A stretch of DNA of 24,000 bases from Acidimicrobiales bacterium (GCA_035464115.1 DATHSN010000163.1:2025-26024), one strand, 5' to 3'. Positions 7,250 to 15,218 are shown, counted from the first letter of the stretch. Notes: generated from the sequence alone by a model not told the origin. Program-made: numbers and translations.

Positions 7250-8699
7250 CCGATGCGACGAGGTGCTCGCAGAGGTGGACGGCGACGCGGGCGGCCTCGA
7301 CCACGGCGCGATCCGACATGGGGTTCTCGGCTCGCGCCTGCCACTGGCCGAGCGCGGCGAGCGCGGCGGCGCGCGTGGCATCGGGGGACGCGTCGGGATC
7401 GAGACCGAGCCGAGCGGTCACCGGTCCGCCGCCGGCCAGGCGCTCGAGGGCGTCGAGCTCGACCTCGCGCACGCGCAGCGCGCCCCCGCGGACGGCGTCG
7501 AGGAGGCGGATCTCGAGCAGCTCGCGAGCGCTGGCCGTGATCCGCTCGATCTCCCGGTCGACCCGGGCCGCCACCTCGCCGGGCAGCGACGGGGCCATCG
7601 CCTCGAGGGTGGCGAGCAACGAGCGGGCCTTCAAGGTGTCGGCACGGGCCCCGAAGCGCTCGACCAGGACGCGCCGGAGCTGCTCGATGCCCGAGACCTC
7701 CAGCAACGAGCGCGACAGCTCGGCGCTGGAGTCCACGCCCCCGACGGCGAGCCGCGCCATGGCGTGGCGGACACCGAACCACCCGAGGCGGTCGAGCAGG
7801 TCGTCGCGCTCCACCGCCGTGACCGGCAGCGCGGGGTCGTCGACGAGGAACCGGTCGGCGGTGAGCAACAGCTCGTCGCGACGCTCGGCGTCGAGCTCGG
7901 CGAGGCGGGCGAGCAGACGGAACTCCCGCTCGGCGAGCGTGGCACCGGCGACGGCGACCAGACCGGCGACCGGGAGCACCGTCTGGACGAGCCGCCGCAG
8001 CTTGGGTTCGCGTCGGTACCGGTCGGCGATGCGGGTCGCGGAGTCCATGGCGTCGAGGCGGCACGCGCCCACCTCGTCGGCCCGGGCGAGCACGCCGATG
8101 GCGTTCACGGGCGTCGGCCGGGCGAGGGCGTCGTCGTGGAAGGCCTCGAGGAACCGCACGTCGCTCGCGTGGGCGTGGCGCATCAGGTAGACGACGGCGT
8201 CGACCTCGGTGGGGCGCCCGTCGTCGGGGGCGAGCAGGGCCGTCGTCCGCCCCGAGACGTCGATCGAGATGGAGTCGATCCCGGGGGTGTCGACCAGGGT
8301 CATCGTCCGGAGCCGCGACGACGGCCACTCGACGTCGAGGCGGGCGATGTCGTCGGCGGGGGTGCCGGCCAGGTCGATGACGAGCGCCCCGTCGTCGCGG
8401 CTGAAGCGGGCCGGCCGCGGGAGGCCGTCGATGGGGTGCACGGTGACCCGGTAGGTGATCCCGTCGTGGTACCAGGTGACGATCCGGGTGCACTCGCCGA
8501 CGTCGGTGGGGGCCAGCTCCTCTCCCACGAGTGCGTTGAGGAGGGTCGACTTGCCCGCCTTCACCCGACCGGCGATCGCGACCCGCAGCGGCTCGTCGAA
8601 CCGCTCGAGGCCATCCCGCAGCGCCGCCGCCGCCGGGTGGTCGCCCACCTCGGCGACGGTGCCCTGCGCGAGGGCGCGGACCTCGTCGGCGAAGCTCAA
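7245..8699 (-). CDS. Bacterial dynamin-like protein (DLP), second gene of a tandem pair
   Basis: Track ORF 7245..8894, trimmed to TTG 8699. G1 is GRVKAGKST, G3 is LVDTPGIDS, and the G4-like motif is LARAD, followed by a long Arg/Leu/Glu-rich helical stalk. G/C-saturated third positions begin at the TTG, which overlaps the TGA of the upstream DLP (TTGA). The 5' part of the track ORF would overlap the upstream gene by about 200 nt. The alternative start is GTG 8648. Confidence 0.8.
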   Translation of the reverse strand: MSFADEVRALAQGTVAEVGDHPAAAALRDGLERFDEPLRVAIAGRVKAGKSTLLNALVGEELAPTDVGECTRIVTWYHDGITYRVTVHPIDGLPRPARFSRDDGALVIDLAGTPADDIARLDVEWPSSRLRTMTLVDTPGIDSISIDVSGRTTALLAPDDGRPTEVDAVVYLMRHAHASDVRFLEAFHDDALARPTPVNAIGVLARADEVGACRLDAMDSATRIADRYRREPKLRRLVQTVLPVAGLVAVAGATLAEREFRLLARLAELDAERRDELLLTADRFLVDDPALPVTAVERDDLLDRLGWFGVRHAMARLAVGGVDSSAELSRSLLEVSGIEQLRRVLVERFGARADTLKARSLLATLEAMAPSLPGEVAARVDREIERITASARELLEIRLLDAVRGGALRVREVELDALERLAGGGPVTARLGLDPDASPDATRAAALAALGQWQARAENPMSDRAVVEAARVAVHLCEHLVASA

Positions 8700-10552
8700 G
8701 CGGAGGACGCTCCCGCCTCGGGGCCACCCACCAGGTCGAGCGCACGGGCCCGCAACGCCGCGATCCGAGCCAGCTCGGCCTCGACGTCGGCGAGCCGCCG
8801 GCCGCGCTGGTCGCTCGCCGTCCGCTCGGCCTCCTGAGCGGCGCGCAGCGCCTCGTTGGTGGAGCGCTGCAGCTGCTTGGCGCGGTCCGCCCACGAGTCG
8901 CGCAGGTCGCGCTGGACCCGGCGCAGGGCGTCGCGGCTCTCCTTGCCGACGGCGAAGCTCACCTCGTCGACGTACTTGCGGTAGGTCTGCTTGGCCGTCT
9001 GGCGGCGCTGGGCGAGCTGGCGCTGCTGCTCCTCGCGCTGCTGCTTGCGGCCCATGGCCAGCCCGATGGCCACGCTCACCGGGGCGATCAGGGTGATGCC
9101 GACCATGCTGGCCAGCATCCCGAACATGAGCATCCCCCCGTAGCCACCGCGCAGGACCCCCAACGCGGTGTTCACCAGGTTCGTTCTCGTGACGTCGAGC
9201 TCGAGGTCGATGCGGATCCCCTCGAGCGACGGGAGCGGTCCGTCACCGAGGAGGTCGAGGGCTGCGTCGGCCTCCTCGGCGAAGAGGGCGGCGATGCGCG
9301 CCGACAGCGCCGCGGCCTGGTCCACGAGCACGGCGTGGTTGGCGGCCACCTCGTCGGCGACCACCCGCCGGAGCCACGGGTCGAACTCCTCCCAGATGTC
9401 GACCGGGTCGGCCGCCTCGATGCGGGTGTCGGCCTCGGCGAGGATGTGACGGAACCGAGCCCGCAGGTCGTGGTCGACGTCGGAGGTGAGGTCGGTGACC
9501 CCGTCGTTCAGGGCCGTCTGCCACCGGGCGCCACTCGACTCGAGCTGAGCGGCACGGGCCCGAGCCCGCTCGAGCTCGGCGACGAGCGCGGCGATGGCGG
9601 CCGGGTCGGCGAGGGCTCGGCGCTCGGCGTCGAACTCGACGGCGAGCTGGTCGCACACCCCGGCCACGTCGTGGGCGGCGGCGGCGACCTCGGCGGCATC
9701 GGACCGCGCGAGCACGTCGTCGCGCAGCCACCCGATGAGCGCGGGGTAGCCCGACTCCTCGTTGAGGGCCGGGTCGCTGCGCTCGATGGCCTGCTGGCGC
9801 ACCACGGCCGACAGGGGGAAGAGCGGCAGGTCGAGGCCCGCGGCGGCGAGGTGTCCCCGGTCGAGCTCGGCGACGCGGTGGCGCCGCGGCTGGAGGTCGG
9901 TCTTGGTGAGCGCCACGCACACGTGAGCGCAGCGATCTGCGGCCCGGCGCAGGGCGGCGAGCTCGGATTGGGTGAGCTCCTGGGAGGCGTCGGTGACGAA
10001 GACGGCGGCGTGCGCCACCGCCAGCGACCCCAGCGCGGCCGCGGCGTGCTCGCCCGCCAGTCCACCGACCCCAGGGGTGTCGACGAGGCGCAAGCCGGAG
10101 GCGAGCAGCCGGCGGGGCACGGTGACCTCGACCGACGTCACGGGCGTCGACCCCGCCCGGCCGGTGACGAGTGCCGGCACCTCCTCGGGGGCGAGCGGTG
10201 AGGGCCCGTCGGCCGACAGCGCGACGGCCTGCACCGTCTCGCCGAAGCGGACGGTGGTGGGCACGGCCGTGGCGATGTCGTCGTCGACGGGGCACACGCT
10301 CGTGCCGAGCAACGCGTTGACGAGGGTGCTCTTGCCCTGCTTGAACTCGCCGATCACCACCACCGCGACGCCCGGGTCGAGCAGCCGGCGTCGACGGTCC
10401 TCGACCCGCCGGGCGAGATCGTCGCGCCCGTAGGCCCCGCACGCGGTGAGGGCCAGATCGACGACCTGGGTGGCCGCGTCGAGGTGCGGCCGTCCCTGCT
10501 GCGGTGCGGTCGGCGCGCCGACGGTTCCACCCTCCCCGGATGCGGTCCCCAC
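8696..10552 (-). CDS. Bacterial dynamin-like protein (DLP) with hydrophobic membrane hairpin, first gene of the pair
   Basis: Track ORF 8696..10660, trimmed to GTG 10552. G1 is GEFKQGKST, G3 is LVDTPGVGG, G4 is TKTD. The hydrophobic paddle is GGYGGMLMFGMLASMVGITLIAPVSVAIGLAMG, followed by a charged coiled-coil-like tail. GTG 10552 lies 6 nt after TACACT. ATG 10660 would run 20 nt past the divergent Hsp70-like start. Confidence 0.8.
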   Translation of the reverse strand: MGTASGEGGTVGAPTAPQQGRPHLDAATQVVDLALTACGAYGRDDLARRVEDRRRRLLDPGVAVVVIGEFKQGKSTLVNALLGTSVCPVDDDIATAVPTTVRFGETVQAVALSADGPSPLAPEEVPALVTGRAGSTPVTSVEVTVPRRLLASGLRLVDTPGVGGLAGEHAAAALGSLAVAHAAVFVTDASQELTQSELAALRRAADRCAHVCVALTKTDLQPRRHRVAELDRGHLAAAGLDLPLFPLSAVVRQQAIERSDPALNEESGYPALIGWLRDDVLARSDAAEVAAAAHDVAGVCDQLAVEFDAERRALADPAAIAALVAELERARARAAQLESSGARWQTALNDGVTDLTSDVDHDLRARFRHILAEADTRIEAADPVDIWEEFDPWLRRVVADEVAANHAVLVDQAAALSARIAALFAEEADAALDLLGDGPLPSLEGIRIDLELDVTRTNLVNTALGVLRGGYGGMLMFGMLASMVGITLIAPVSVAIGLAMGRKQQREEQQRQLAQRRQTAKQTYRKYVDEVSFAVGKESRDALRRVQRDLRDSWADRAKQLQRSTNEALRAAQEAERTASDQRGRRLADVEAELARIAALRARALDLVGGPEAGASSA

Positions 10553-10558
10553 GCCGCA

Positions 10559-10564
10559 AGTGTA
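10559..10564 (-). promoter_or_regulatory. -10-like hexamer TACACT, 6 nt upstream of the DLP GTG start (leaderless arrangement)
   Basis: The minus strand reads TACACT-TGCGGC-GTG (plus-strand AGTGTA at 10559-10564). This is the TANNNT plus 6 nt geometry expected for leaderless actinobacterial transcripts. No -35 recognised. Confidence 0.35.
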
Positions 10565-10640
10565 CGGGCGGCGTCGACCCGGCTCGGCGGAGGTGTCGAG
10601 CGGTAGCCTGCGCGCGCCCGTCGAACGACCCAGGAGCGTG

Positions 10641-12686
10641 ATGGCGTACTTCCTCGGCATCGATCTCGGAACGACCTACACCGCGGCTGCGATCTCCCGG
10701 GAGGGTTCGGCCTCCGTCGTGAACCTGGGCAACCGTGCCCCGGTGGTGCCGTCGGTCGTGCTGCTGCGCGACGACGAGTCGATCCTCACCGGCGAGGCGG
10801 CGGTGCGGCGCGCCGCCACCGAACCCCAGCGGGTGGCTCGCGAGTTCAAGCGCCGCATGGGTGACCCCACGCCGATCATCGTCGGTGGGTCGCCGTACTC
10901 CGCCGATGCGCTCACCGCGTCGCTCCTGCGGTGGGTCGTCGAGAAGGTCACCGAGGTCGAGGGCAGCCCGCCGACCGGCATCGCGGTGTCGTATCCGTCG
11001 AACTGGGGTGAGTACAAGCAGGACCTGTTGCGCCAGGCGATCGCGCGCGCCGACCTCGACGGCGTGGTGATGGTCACCGAGCCCGAAGCGGCCGCCATCC
11101 ACTACGCCTCCCAGGAGCGCGTCGAGGCCGGCTCGGTGATCGCGGTGTACGACCTCGGCGGCGGCACGTTCGACGTGGCGGTGCTGCGCAAGACCGAGTC
11201 GGGCTGGGAGGTGCTCGGCGAACCTCAGGGCATCGACCGGCTCGGCGGCATCGACGTCGACGAGGCCGTGTTCCGCCACGTGGTCGACGCCACCGACGGC
11301 GTCATCACCGAGCTCGACCCCGACGATCCTGCGGCGCTCGCCGCCGTCGCCCGGTTGCGCCAGGAGTGCGTCGAGGCCAAGGAGGCGCTGTCGTCCGACA
11401 CCGACGTGCTCATCCCGGTGCTGCTCCCGAACCTGCAGACCGAGGTCCGCCTCACCCGGGCCGAGCTCGAGCAGATGGTGCGCCCCGCGCTCGCCGACAC
11501 GATCACCACCATGGGCCGGGCGCTGCGGTCGGCGGGTGTCGAGCCCGAGCAGGTCGACGCCGTGCTCCTGGTGGGCGGGTCGTCGCGCATCCCGCTGGTC
11601 GCGCAGCTCGTCGGCTCGGCGCTCAGCCGCCCGGTGGCGGTCGACGCCCACCCCAAGCACGGCATCGCCCTCGGCGCAGCGATGGTGGCCGCCGAGGCCG
11701 ACCGGGCCGGCACCGCTCCCGTCGCCGCACCCCTCCCGCCGCCCCCGGTCGCGCCTCCGGTCGCTGCACCCGTTCCGCCGCCCCCGGTCGCGCCCCCGCC
11801 CGTCACCGCGCCGCCCACTCCCCCGCCGGTCGCCGCCCAGCCCACCGAGCCGGACCCCGTCGTGGCCGCATCGCCGCCAGCACCGATCCTCGACCCGCCT
11901 CGCGGGCGGTCGGGGCCACCGCTCGGGCTCATCGCCGCAGCGGTGCTCGCGGTGCTGGTGGTGGCGGTCGTCGCGGTGGCCGCGCTCGGCGGCGGCGGCG
12001 ACGACGACGACGTGGTCGCCGCCGAGCCCGTCGGCAACGAGGCGCCGGCCGCCACCACGGCGCCACCAGCCGAGGACACGTCGACCACGTCCGTCACCGC
12101 CGCGCCACCAGTCGAGGACACGTCGACCACCGACCGCGCCTACGACGACGCCATCCGCGCCAACTTCATCGACGCGTGCGTCGTCGAAGGCACCCCCGAC
12201 GGGTGCGAGCGGGTGCTCCAGTGCATCGAGGGTCAGCTCACCCAGGCCGAGTTCATCCAGGAAGAGGCCGAGGCGACGGCCACCGGCGTGATGTCGGACC
12301 GGCTCAGCGACGTGGTGTCCGACTGTCTCGCCCGAGCGACCGCGCCGGTCCCGGATGGTCCCTTCGTGGCGCTCGACGCGGTCGTCGTCGACGGCGGCCT
12401 CTACCGCGTCAGCTACGAGGTGTTCGGCTTCGAGCCCCGGATCGACGGCGGCCCCGACTCGTTGCACCTGCACCTCTTCCTGGACACCACCGCACCCGAG
12501 AACGCCGGCGTCGACGGCAACCCTCCGGGCGAGTGGTACATCACCGACGCACCATCGACCGACGTCACGTCGTTCGGGCCGGCGAACCGGGGGGCGGCCA
12601 CCCAGATGTGCGTGGTCGTCGCCAACGTCGACCACTCGGTGCACGACCCGGAGTCGGGCACCTGCGTGGCCCTGCCCGACTCCTGA
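10641..12686 (+). CDS. Hsp70-family ATPase domain protein lacking a substrate-binding domain: NBD, Pro-rich linker, one TM helix, Thr/Pro-rich linker, Cys-containing extracytoplasmic domain
   Basis: Track ORF 10446..12686, trimmed to ATG 10641 (AGGAG upstream), giving 681 aa. Hsp70/actin-fold motifs: IDLGTTYT (phosphate 1), DLGGGTFDVAV (phosphate 2), LLVGGSSRIP (adenosine). The NBD ends near HPKHGIALGAAMVAAE. Then come a PPPPVAPP-type linker (about aa 360-420), the TM helix LGLIAAAVLAVLVVAVVAVAAL, GGGGDDDD, and a C-terminal region of about 185 aa with 6 Cys. Confidence 0.85.
   Translation: MAYFLGIDLGTTYTAAAISREGSASVVNLGNRAPVVPSVVLLRDDESILTGEAAVRRAATEPQRVAREFKRRMGDPTPIIVGGSPYSADALTASLLRWVVEKVTEVEGSPPTGIAVSYPSNWGEYKQDLLRQAIARADLDGVVMVTEPEAAAIHYASQERVEAGSVIAVYDLGGGTFDVAVLRKTESGWEVLGEPQGIDRLGGIDVDEAVFRHVVDATDGVITELDPDDPAALAAVARLRQECVEAKEALSSDTDVLIPVLLPNLQTEVRLTRAELEQMVRPALADTITTMGRALRSAGVEPEQVDAVLLVGGSSRIPLVAQLVGSALSRPVAVDAHPKHGIALGAAMVAAEADRAGTAPVAAPLPPPPVAPPVAAPVPPPPVAPPPVTAPPTPPPVAAQPTEPDPVVAASPPAPILDPPRGRSGPPLGLIAAAVLAVLVVAVVAVAALGGGGDDDDVVAAEPVGNEAPAATTAPPAEDTSTTSVTAAPPVEDTSTTDRAYDDAIRANFIDACVVEGTPDGCERVLQCIEGQLTQAEFIQEEAEATATGVMSDRLSDVVSDCLARATAPVPDGPFVALDAVVVDGGLYRVSYEVFGFEPRIDGGPDSLHLHLFLDTTAPENAGVDGNPPGEWYITDAPSTDVTSFGPANRGAATQMCVVVANVDHSVHDPESGTCVALPDS
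11736..11794. repeat. Duplicated 20-mer CCGCCGCCCCCGGTCGCGCC at a 39-bp period (Pro-rich linker)
   Basis: Read directly at 11736-11755 and 11775-11794. It encodes PPPPVAP twice within the linker of the Hsp70-like protein. Confidence 0.8.
12062..12130. repeat. Duplicated 27-mer (1 mismatch) at a 42-bp period in the extracytoplasmic linker
   Basis: GCCACCAGCCGAGGACACGTCGACCAC (12062-12088) and GCCACCAGTCGAGGACACGTCGACCAC (12104-12130). They encode APPAEDTSTT and APPVEDTSTT. Confidence 0.85.
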
Positions 12687-12716
12687 TCAGGCCCCGACCG
12701 CGCACCGCGAGACCGC

Positions 12717-13505
12717 TCAGTCGCCGAGCGACCCCCCGTAGATCTGCCAGGCCAGCACCGACTTCGCGCCGAGGCTGAGCACCAGGTAGGCCTTCTCGCC
12801 GAACACGTAGTCGGACCACCGGCTGATGCCGCGGTACTGCAGCCACTGGTTGAACCCGAAGCTGAAGAAGAACAGCAGCTGGGCGAAGAAGATGCCGTAG
12901 ACGAAGCCGGGGACCTCGTCGGCACCCACCAGGTTGGTGGCGATGGCGAGCCACGGTGCGAGCCCCACCAGGGTGCCGAACCAGAACGGCAGCATGGTGG
13001 TCGTCTCGCGCCCGGGCGGGTTCATCCGCTCCTGGATCCAGCCGAACAGGATCATGGCCACGTTGGCGCCGGCGATGGCGATGACGCCGGTGATGTCGGT
13101 GATGCCCGAGTACGACGCGATGAGCAGCACCATCAGCGTCGCGCTGAAGGAGTACTCCACCCAGCGGAACCGGTTGATGCCGGCGCGCAGGTCGGCTTCG
13201 TAGGTGCCCCGGGCGACCGTCCCGGTGAGCAGGTGGTCGAGGGCCGCGAGCCCGAGGAACACGGCGATGGCCACGCCGATGCGGATGTCGACCAGGCCCT
13301 CGGGGGTGGGGGTGCGGGTGCCCGGCGGGCCCTCGGGGTAGGTCGACGTGAGGGTGATGGCGAAATCGCTGGCGAGCACCAGGATGAGCACCGCCTGGGC
13401 GGCGTGGAGCACGGTGAGCCCGATGTTCCACGTGCGCAGGTTGGCGAGGCGTTCGGGGGTGACCCCGGAGGCGGTCGGGCCCGGCCGTGAGGCGGTCGAT
13501 GACAT
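12717..13505 (-). CDS. Heliorhodopsin (retinal-binding seven-helix photoreceptor with inverted topology)
   Basis: ORF track, 262 aa. Collinear blocks match my recollection of heliorhodopsin 48C12: YPEGPPGT (48C12 LNGPPGT), FRWVEYSFSATLMVLLIA (FRWVEYSLSSSVMIVLIA; Glu is the counterion), MILFGWIQE, LPFWFG, VPGFVYGI, and AYLVLSLGAKSVLAWQIYGGSL (AYIVLSLVAKSALAWQIFSGTL). The putative Schiff-base Lys is K248, codon AAG at 12762-12764. Conserved His residues occur in helix 1 (VLHAAQ) and helix 2 (LDHLL). GAGGAG Shine-Dalgarno lies 7 nt before the ATG. Confidence 0.9.
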   Translation of the reverse strand: MSSTASRPGPTASGVTPERLANLRTWNIGLTVLHAAQAVLILVLASDFAITLTSTYPEGPPGTRTPTPEGLVDIRIGVAIAVFLGLAALDHLLTGTVARGTYEADLRAGINRFRWVEYSFSATLMVLLIASYSGITDITGVIAIAGANVAMILFGWIQERMNPPGRETTTMLPFWFGTLVGLAPWLAIATNLVGADEVPGFVYGIFFAQLLFFFSFGFNQWLQYRGISRWSDYVFGEKAYLVLSLGAKSVLAWQIYGGSLGD

Positions 13506-13562
13506 GGGGGATCTCCTCGTGGCGGACGAACGTCCTTCGGAGGCTACCCACGGCCGGGTCGA

Positions 13563-13568
13563 TAGATT
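13563..13568 (+). promoter_or_regulatory. -10-like hexamer TAGATT, 8 nt upstream of the methyltransferase GTG
   Basis: Read directly as TAGATT-CCGACGTC-GTG, consistent with a leaderless or near-leaderless transcript. It lies in the 71-bp divergent region shared with the heliorhodopsin gene. Confidence 0.3.
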
Positions 13569-13576
13569 CCGACGTC

Positions 13577-14173
13577 GTGCAACACGAGTGGGTGAGGATC
13601 ACCGAAGCCGACCCCGACCACTCGGCTCGCTACGCCGAGCGGTTCCGGGCGATGGCGGCCGAGGGCCGCGACCTCGCCGGCGAGGCGCGGCTGGTCGACG
13701 CCATGGTCCCCCGCGGCGCCCACGTGCTCGACGCCGGCTGCGGACCGGGCCGGGTGGGTGCGTTCCTCCACGCCGCCGGCCACCAGGTGGTCGGGGTCGA
13801 CATCGACCCGGTGCTCGTCGCCGCCGCCGAGGCCGATCACCCCGGTCCCCGCTGGATCGTGGGCGACCTGGCCGAGCTCGACCTCGCCGCCCACGGCATC
13901 GGCCACCGCTTCGACGCCATCGTCTCGGCCGGCAACGTGATGACCTTCGTGCACCCCGCGACCAGGGTCGAGATCCTGCGCCGGCTCGGCGCCCACCTGG
14001 CCGACGACGGTCGCGCCGTCATCGGCTTCGGCGCCGGGCGGGGCTACGAGTTCGACGCGTTCCTCGCCGACGTGGCCACCGCCGGGCTCGCGCCCCACCT
14101 GCTGGTGTCGAGCTGGGACCTGCGTCCGTTCACCACCGACTCCGAGTTCCTGGTCGCCGTCGTCGGTCGGTGA
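13577..14173 (+). CDS. Class I SAM-dependent methyltransferase
   Basis: Track ORF 13487..14173, trimmed to GTG 13577; the upstream part would overlap the heliorhodopsin start. Motif I is VLDAGCGPGRVG, post-I is VVGVDID, followed by IVGDL and FDAIVSAGNV. Confidence 0.8.
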   Translation: MQHEWVRITEADPDHSARYAERFRAMAAEGRDLAGEARLVDAMVPRGAHVLDAGCGPGRVGAFLHAAGHQVVGVDIDPVLVAAAEADHPGPRWIVGDLAELDLAAHGIGHRFDAIVSAGNVMTFVHPATRVEILRRLGAHLADDGRAVIGFGAGRGYEFDAFLADVATAGLAPHLLVSSWDLRPFTTDSEFLVAVVGR

Positions 14174-14266
14174 CATCGGGTCGGACATGGCGGCCGCGGT
14201 CCTGGGCAACACTGTCGTGATGCCCGCCGCCCCCCGCACCCCAGCGCGCCCCGTGCCCCGATCGGC

Positions 14267-15088
14267 GTGAGCATCGTCGAAGCGGTGGTGCTCGGGATCC
14301 TCCAGGGTCTGACCGAGTTCCTCCCGATCTCGTCGAGCGGCCACCTGCGGATCGCCCCGGCCCTGTTCGGGTGGGACGACCCCGGCGCCGGGTTCACCGC
14401 GGTCGTCCAGCTCGGGACCATGGCCGCGGTGCTCGTCTACTTCTGGAGCGACCTCTGGGCGATCGGCACCACCTGGCTGCGCTCGCTCGTCGATCGCGAC
14501 CTGCGGGCGGACCCCTCGGCCCGGCTCGGGTGGTACCTCATCGTGGCCACCATCCCCATCGGGATCTTCGGCCTCGCCTTCCAGGACCAGATCGAGACCG
14601 GGGCGCGCGACCTGCGCATCATCGCCTCGGCCCTGATCCTTCTGGGGCTCGGCCTCGCCGTCGCCGACCGGGTGGGGTCGCAGAGCAAGGCCATGGACGA
14701 TCTGCGACCCCGCGACGGCATCCTCATCGGCGTGGCGCAATCGCTGGCGCTGATCCCCGGCGTCTCGCGCTCGGGGGCCACCATCTCGGCCGGGCTCCTC
14801 GCCGGGTACAAGCGCGCCGACGCCGCCCGCTTCTCGTTCCTGCTCTCGGTGCCCGCCGTCGTGCTGTCGGGCCTGTTCCAGCTGCGCGACGCCACCAGCG
14901 CCGACGGCGCCGGCCTGGTCGCCACCGCGGTCGCCACCATCGTGGCCTTCATCAGCGGCTACGCCTCGATCGCCTGGCTGTTGCGGTGGCTCACCACCCA
15001 CAGCACCGCCGTCTTCGTGATCTACCGCGTGGCCCTCGGCGGCCTGGTGTGGATCCTGCTCCTCCTCGGGACCCTCGAGCCGACCTGA
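14267..15088 (+). CDS. uppP: Undecaprenyl-diphosphate phosphatase (BacA/UppP)
   Basis: ORF track, 273 aa, GTG start. Both UppP signatures are present: GLTEFLPISSSGHL and ALIPGVSRSGATI. The protein is an eight-helix polytopic one. Confidence 0.9.
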   Translation: MSIVEAVVLGILQGLTEFLPISSSGHLRIAPALFGWDDPGAGFTAVVQLGTMAAVLVYFWSDLWAIGTTWLRSLVDRDLRADPSARLGWYLIVATIPIGIFGLAFQDQIETGARDLRIIASALILLGLGLAVADRVGSQSKAMDDLRPRDGILIGVAQSLALIPGVSRSGATISAGLLAGYKRADAARFSFLLSVPAVVLSGLFQLRDATSADGAGLVATAVATIVAFISGYASIAWLLRWLTTHSTAVFVIYRVALGGLVWILLLLGTLEPT

Positions 15089-15218
15089 GCGAGGTGGTGG
15101 ACCGGTGGTCGTCGATGGCCCGGGCGGCGGCGAGCGACGCGGGCTCGAGTGTCGACCAGGACCCGTTCCGGTCGAGCCGGGCGCGGAATGCCGATCGGCC
15201 GGGGCCGGTTCCCCCGCC

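Noticed and set aside
7198-8745. N-terminal 516 codons of track ORF 6685..8745
   Set aside because: This part overlaps the dynamin-like gene in another frame and is Arg-rich nonsense. The DoxX-like sequence starts cleanly at ATG 7197.
8700-8894. ATG 8894 as the start of the second dynamin-like gene
   Set aside because: It would overlap the upstream DLP by about 200 nt with an R/G/A-rich peptide. The G/C-biased third-position signal and the TTGA junction at 8696-8699 favour TTG 8699.
7245-10552. Reading the dynamin pair as part of a phage-defence island (LeoABC/Eleos-like)
   Set aside because: It is not excluded but deprioritised. The flanks are housekeeping-type genes (mrp, doxX, uppP). I saw no other defence genes, integrases, tRNA insertion sites or obvious compositional break by eye. 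It is kept as an alternative inside the DLP finding.
10553-10660. ATG 10660 as the start of the first dynamin-like gene, and GTG 10446 as the start of the Hsp70-like gene
   Set aside because: Each extension would run through the other gene's start on the opposite strand. The Hsp70 phosphate-1 motif must be N-terminal (MAYFLGIDLGTT). GTG 10552 has a TACACT box 6 nt upstream.
9243-12644. 1133-aa minus-strand ORF, the longest in the track
   Set aside because: It runs antisense or out of frame across the DLP-A and Hsp70-like genes, both of which carry unmistakable family motifs. Its translation is Arg/Gly/Pro-rich low complexity with no motif. This is the typical shadow ORF of very GC-rich DNA.
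12682-12691. 10-bp perfect palindrome CCTGATCAGG at the Hsp70-like stop codon
   Set aside because: It is too short and loopless to form a hairpin. It is probably a chance palindrome. No convincing terminator structure was found in the 30-bp gap before the heliorhodopsin stop.
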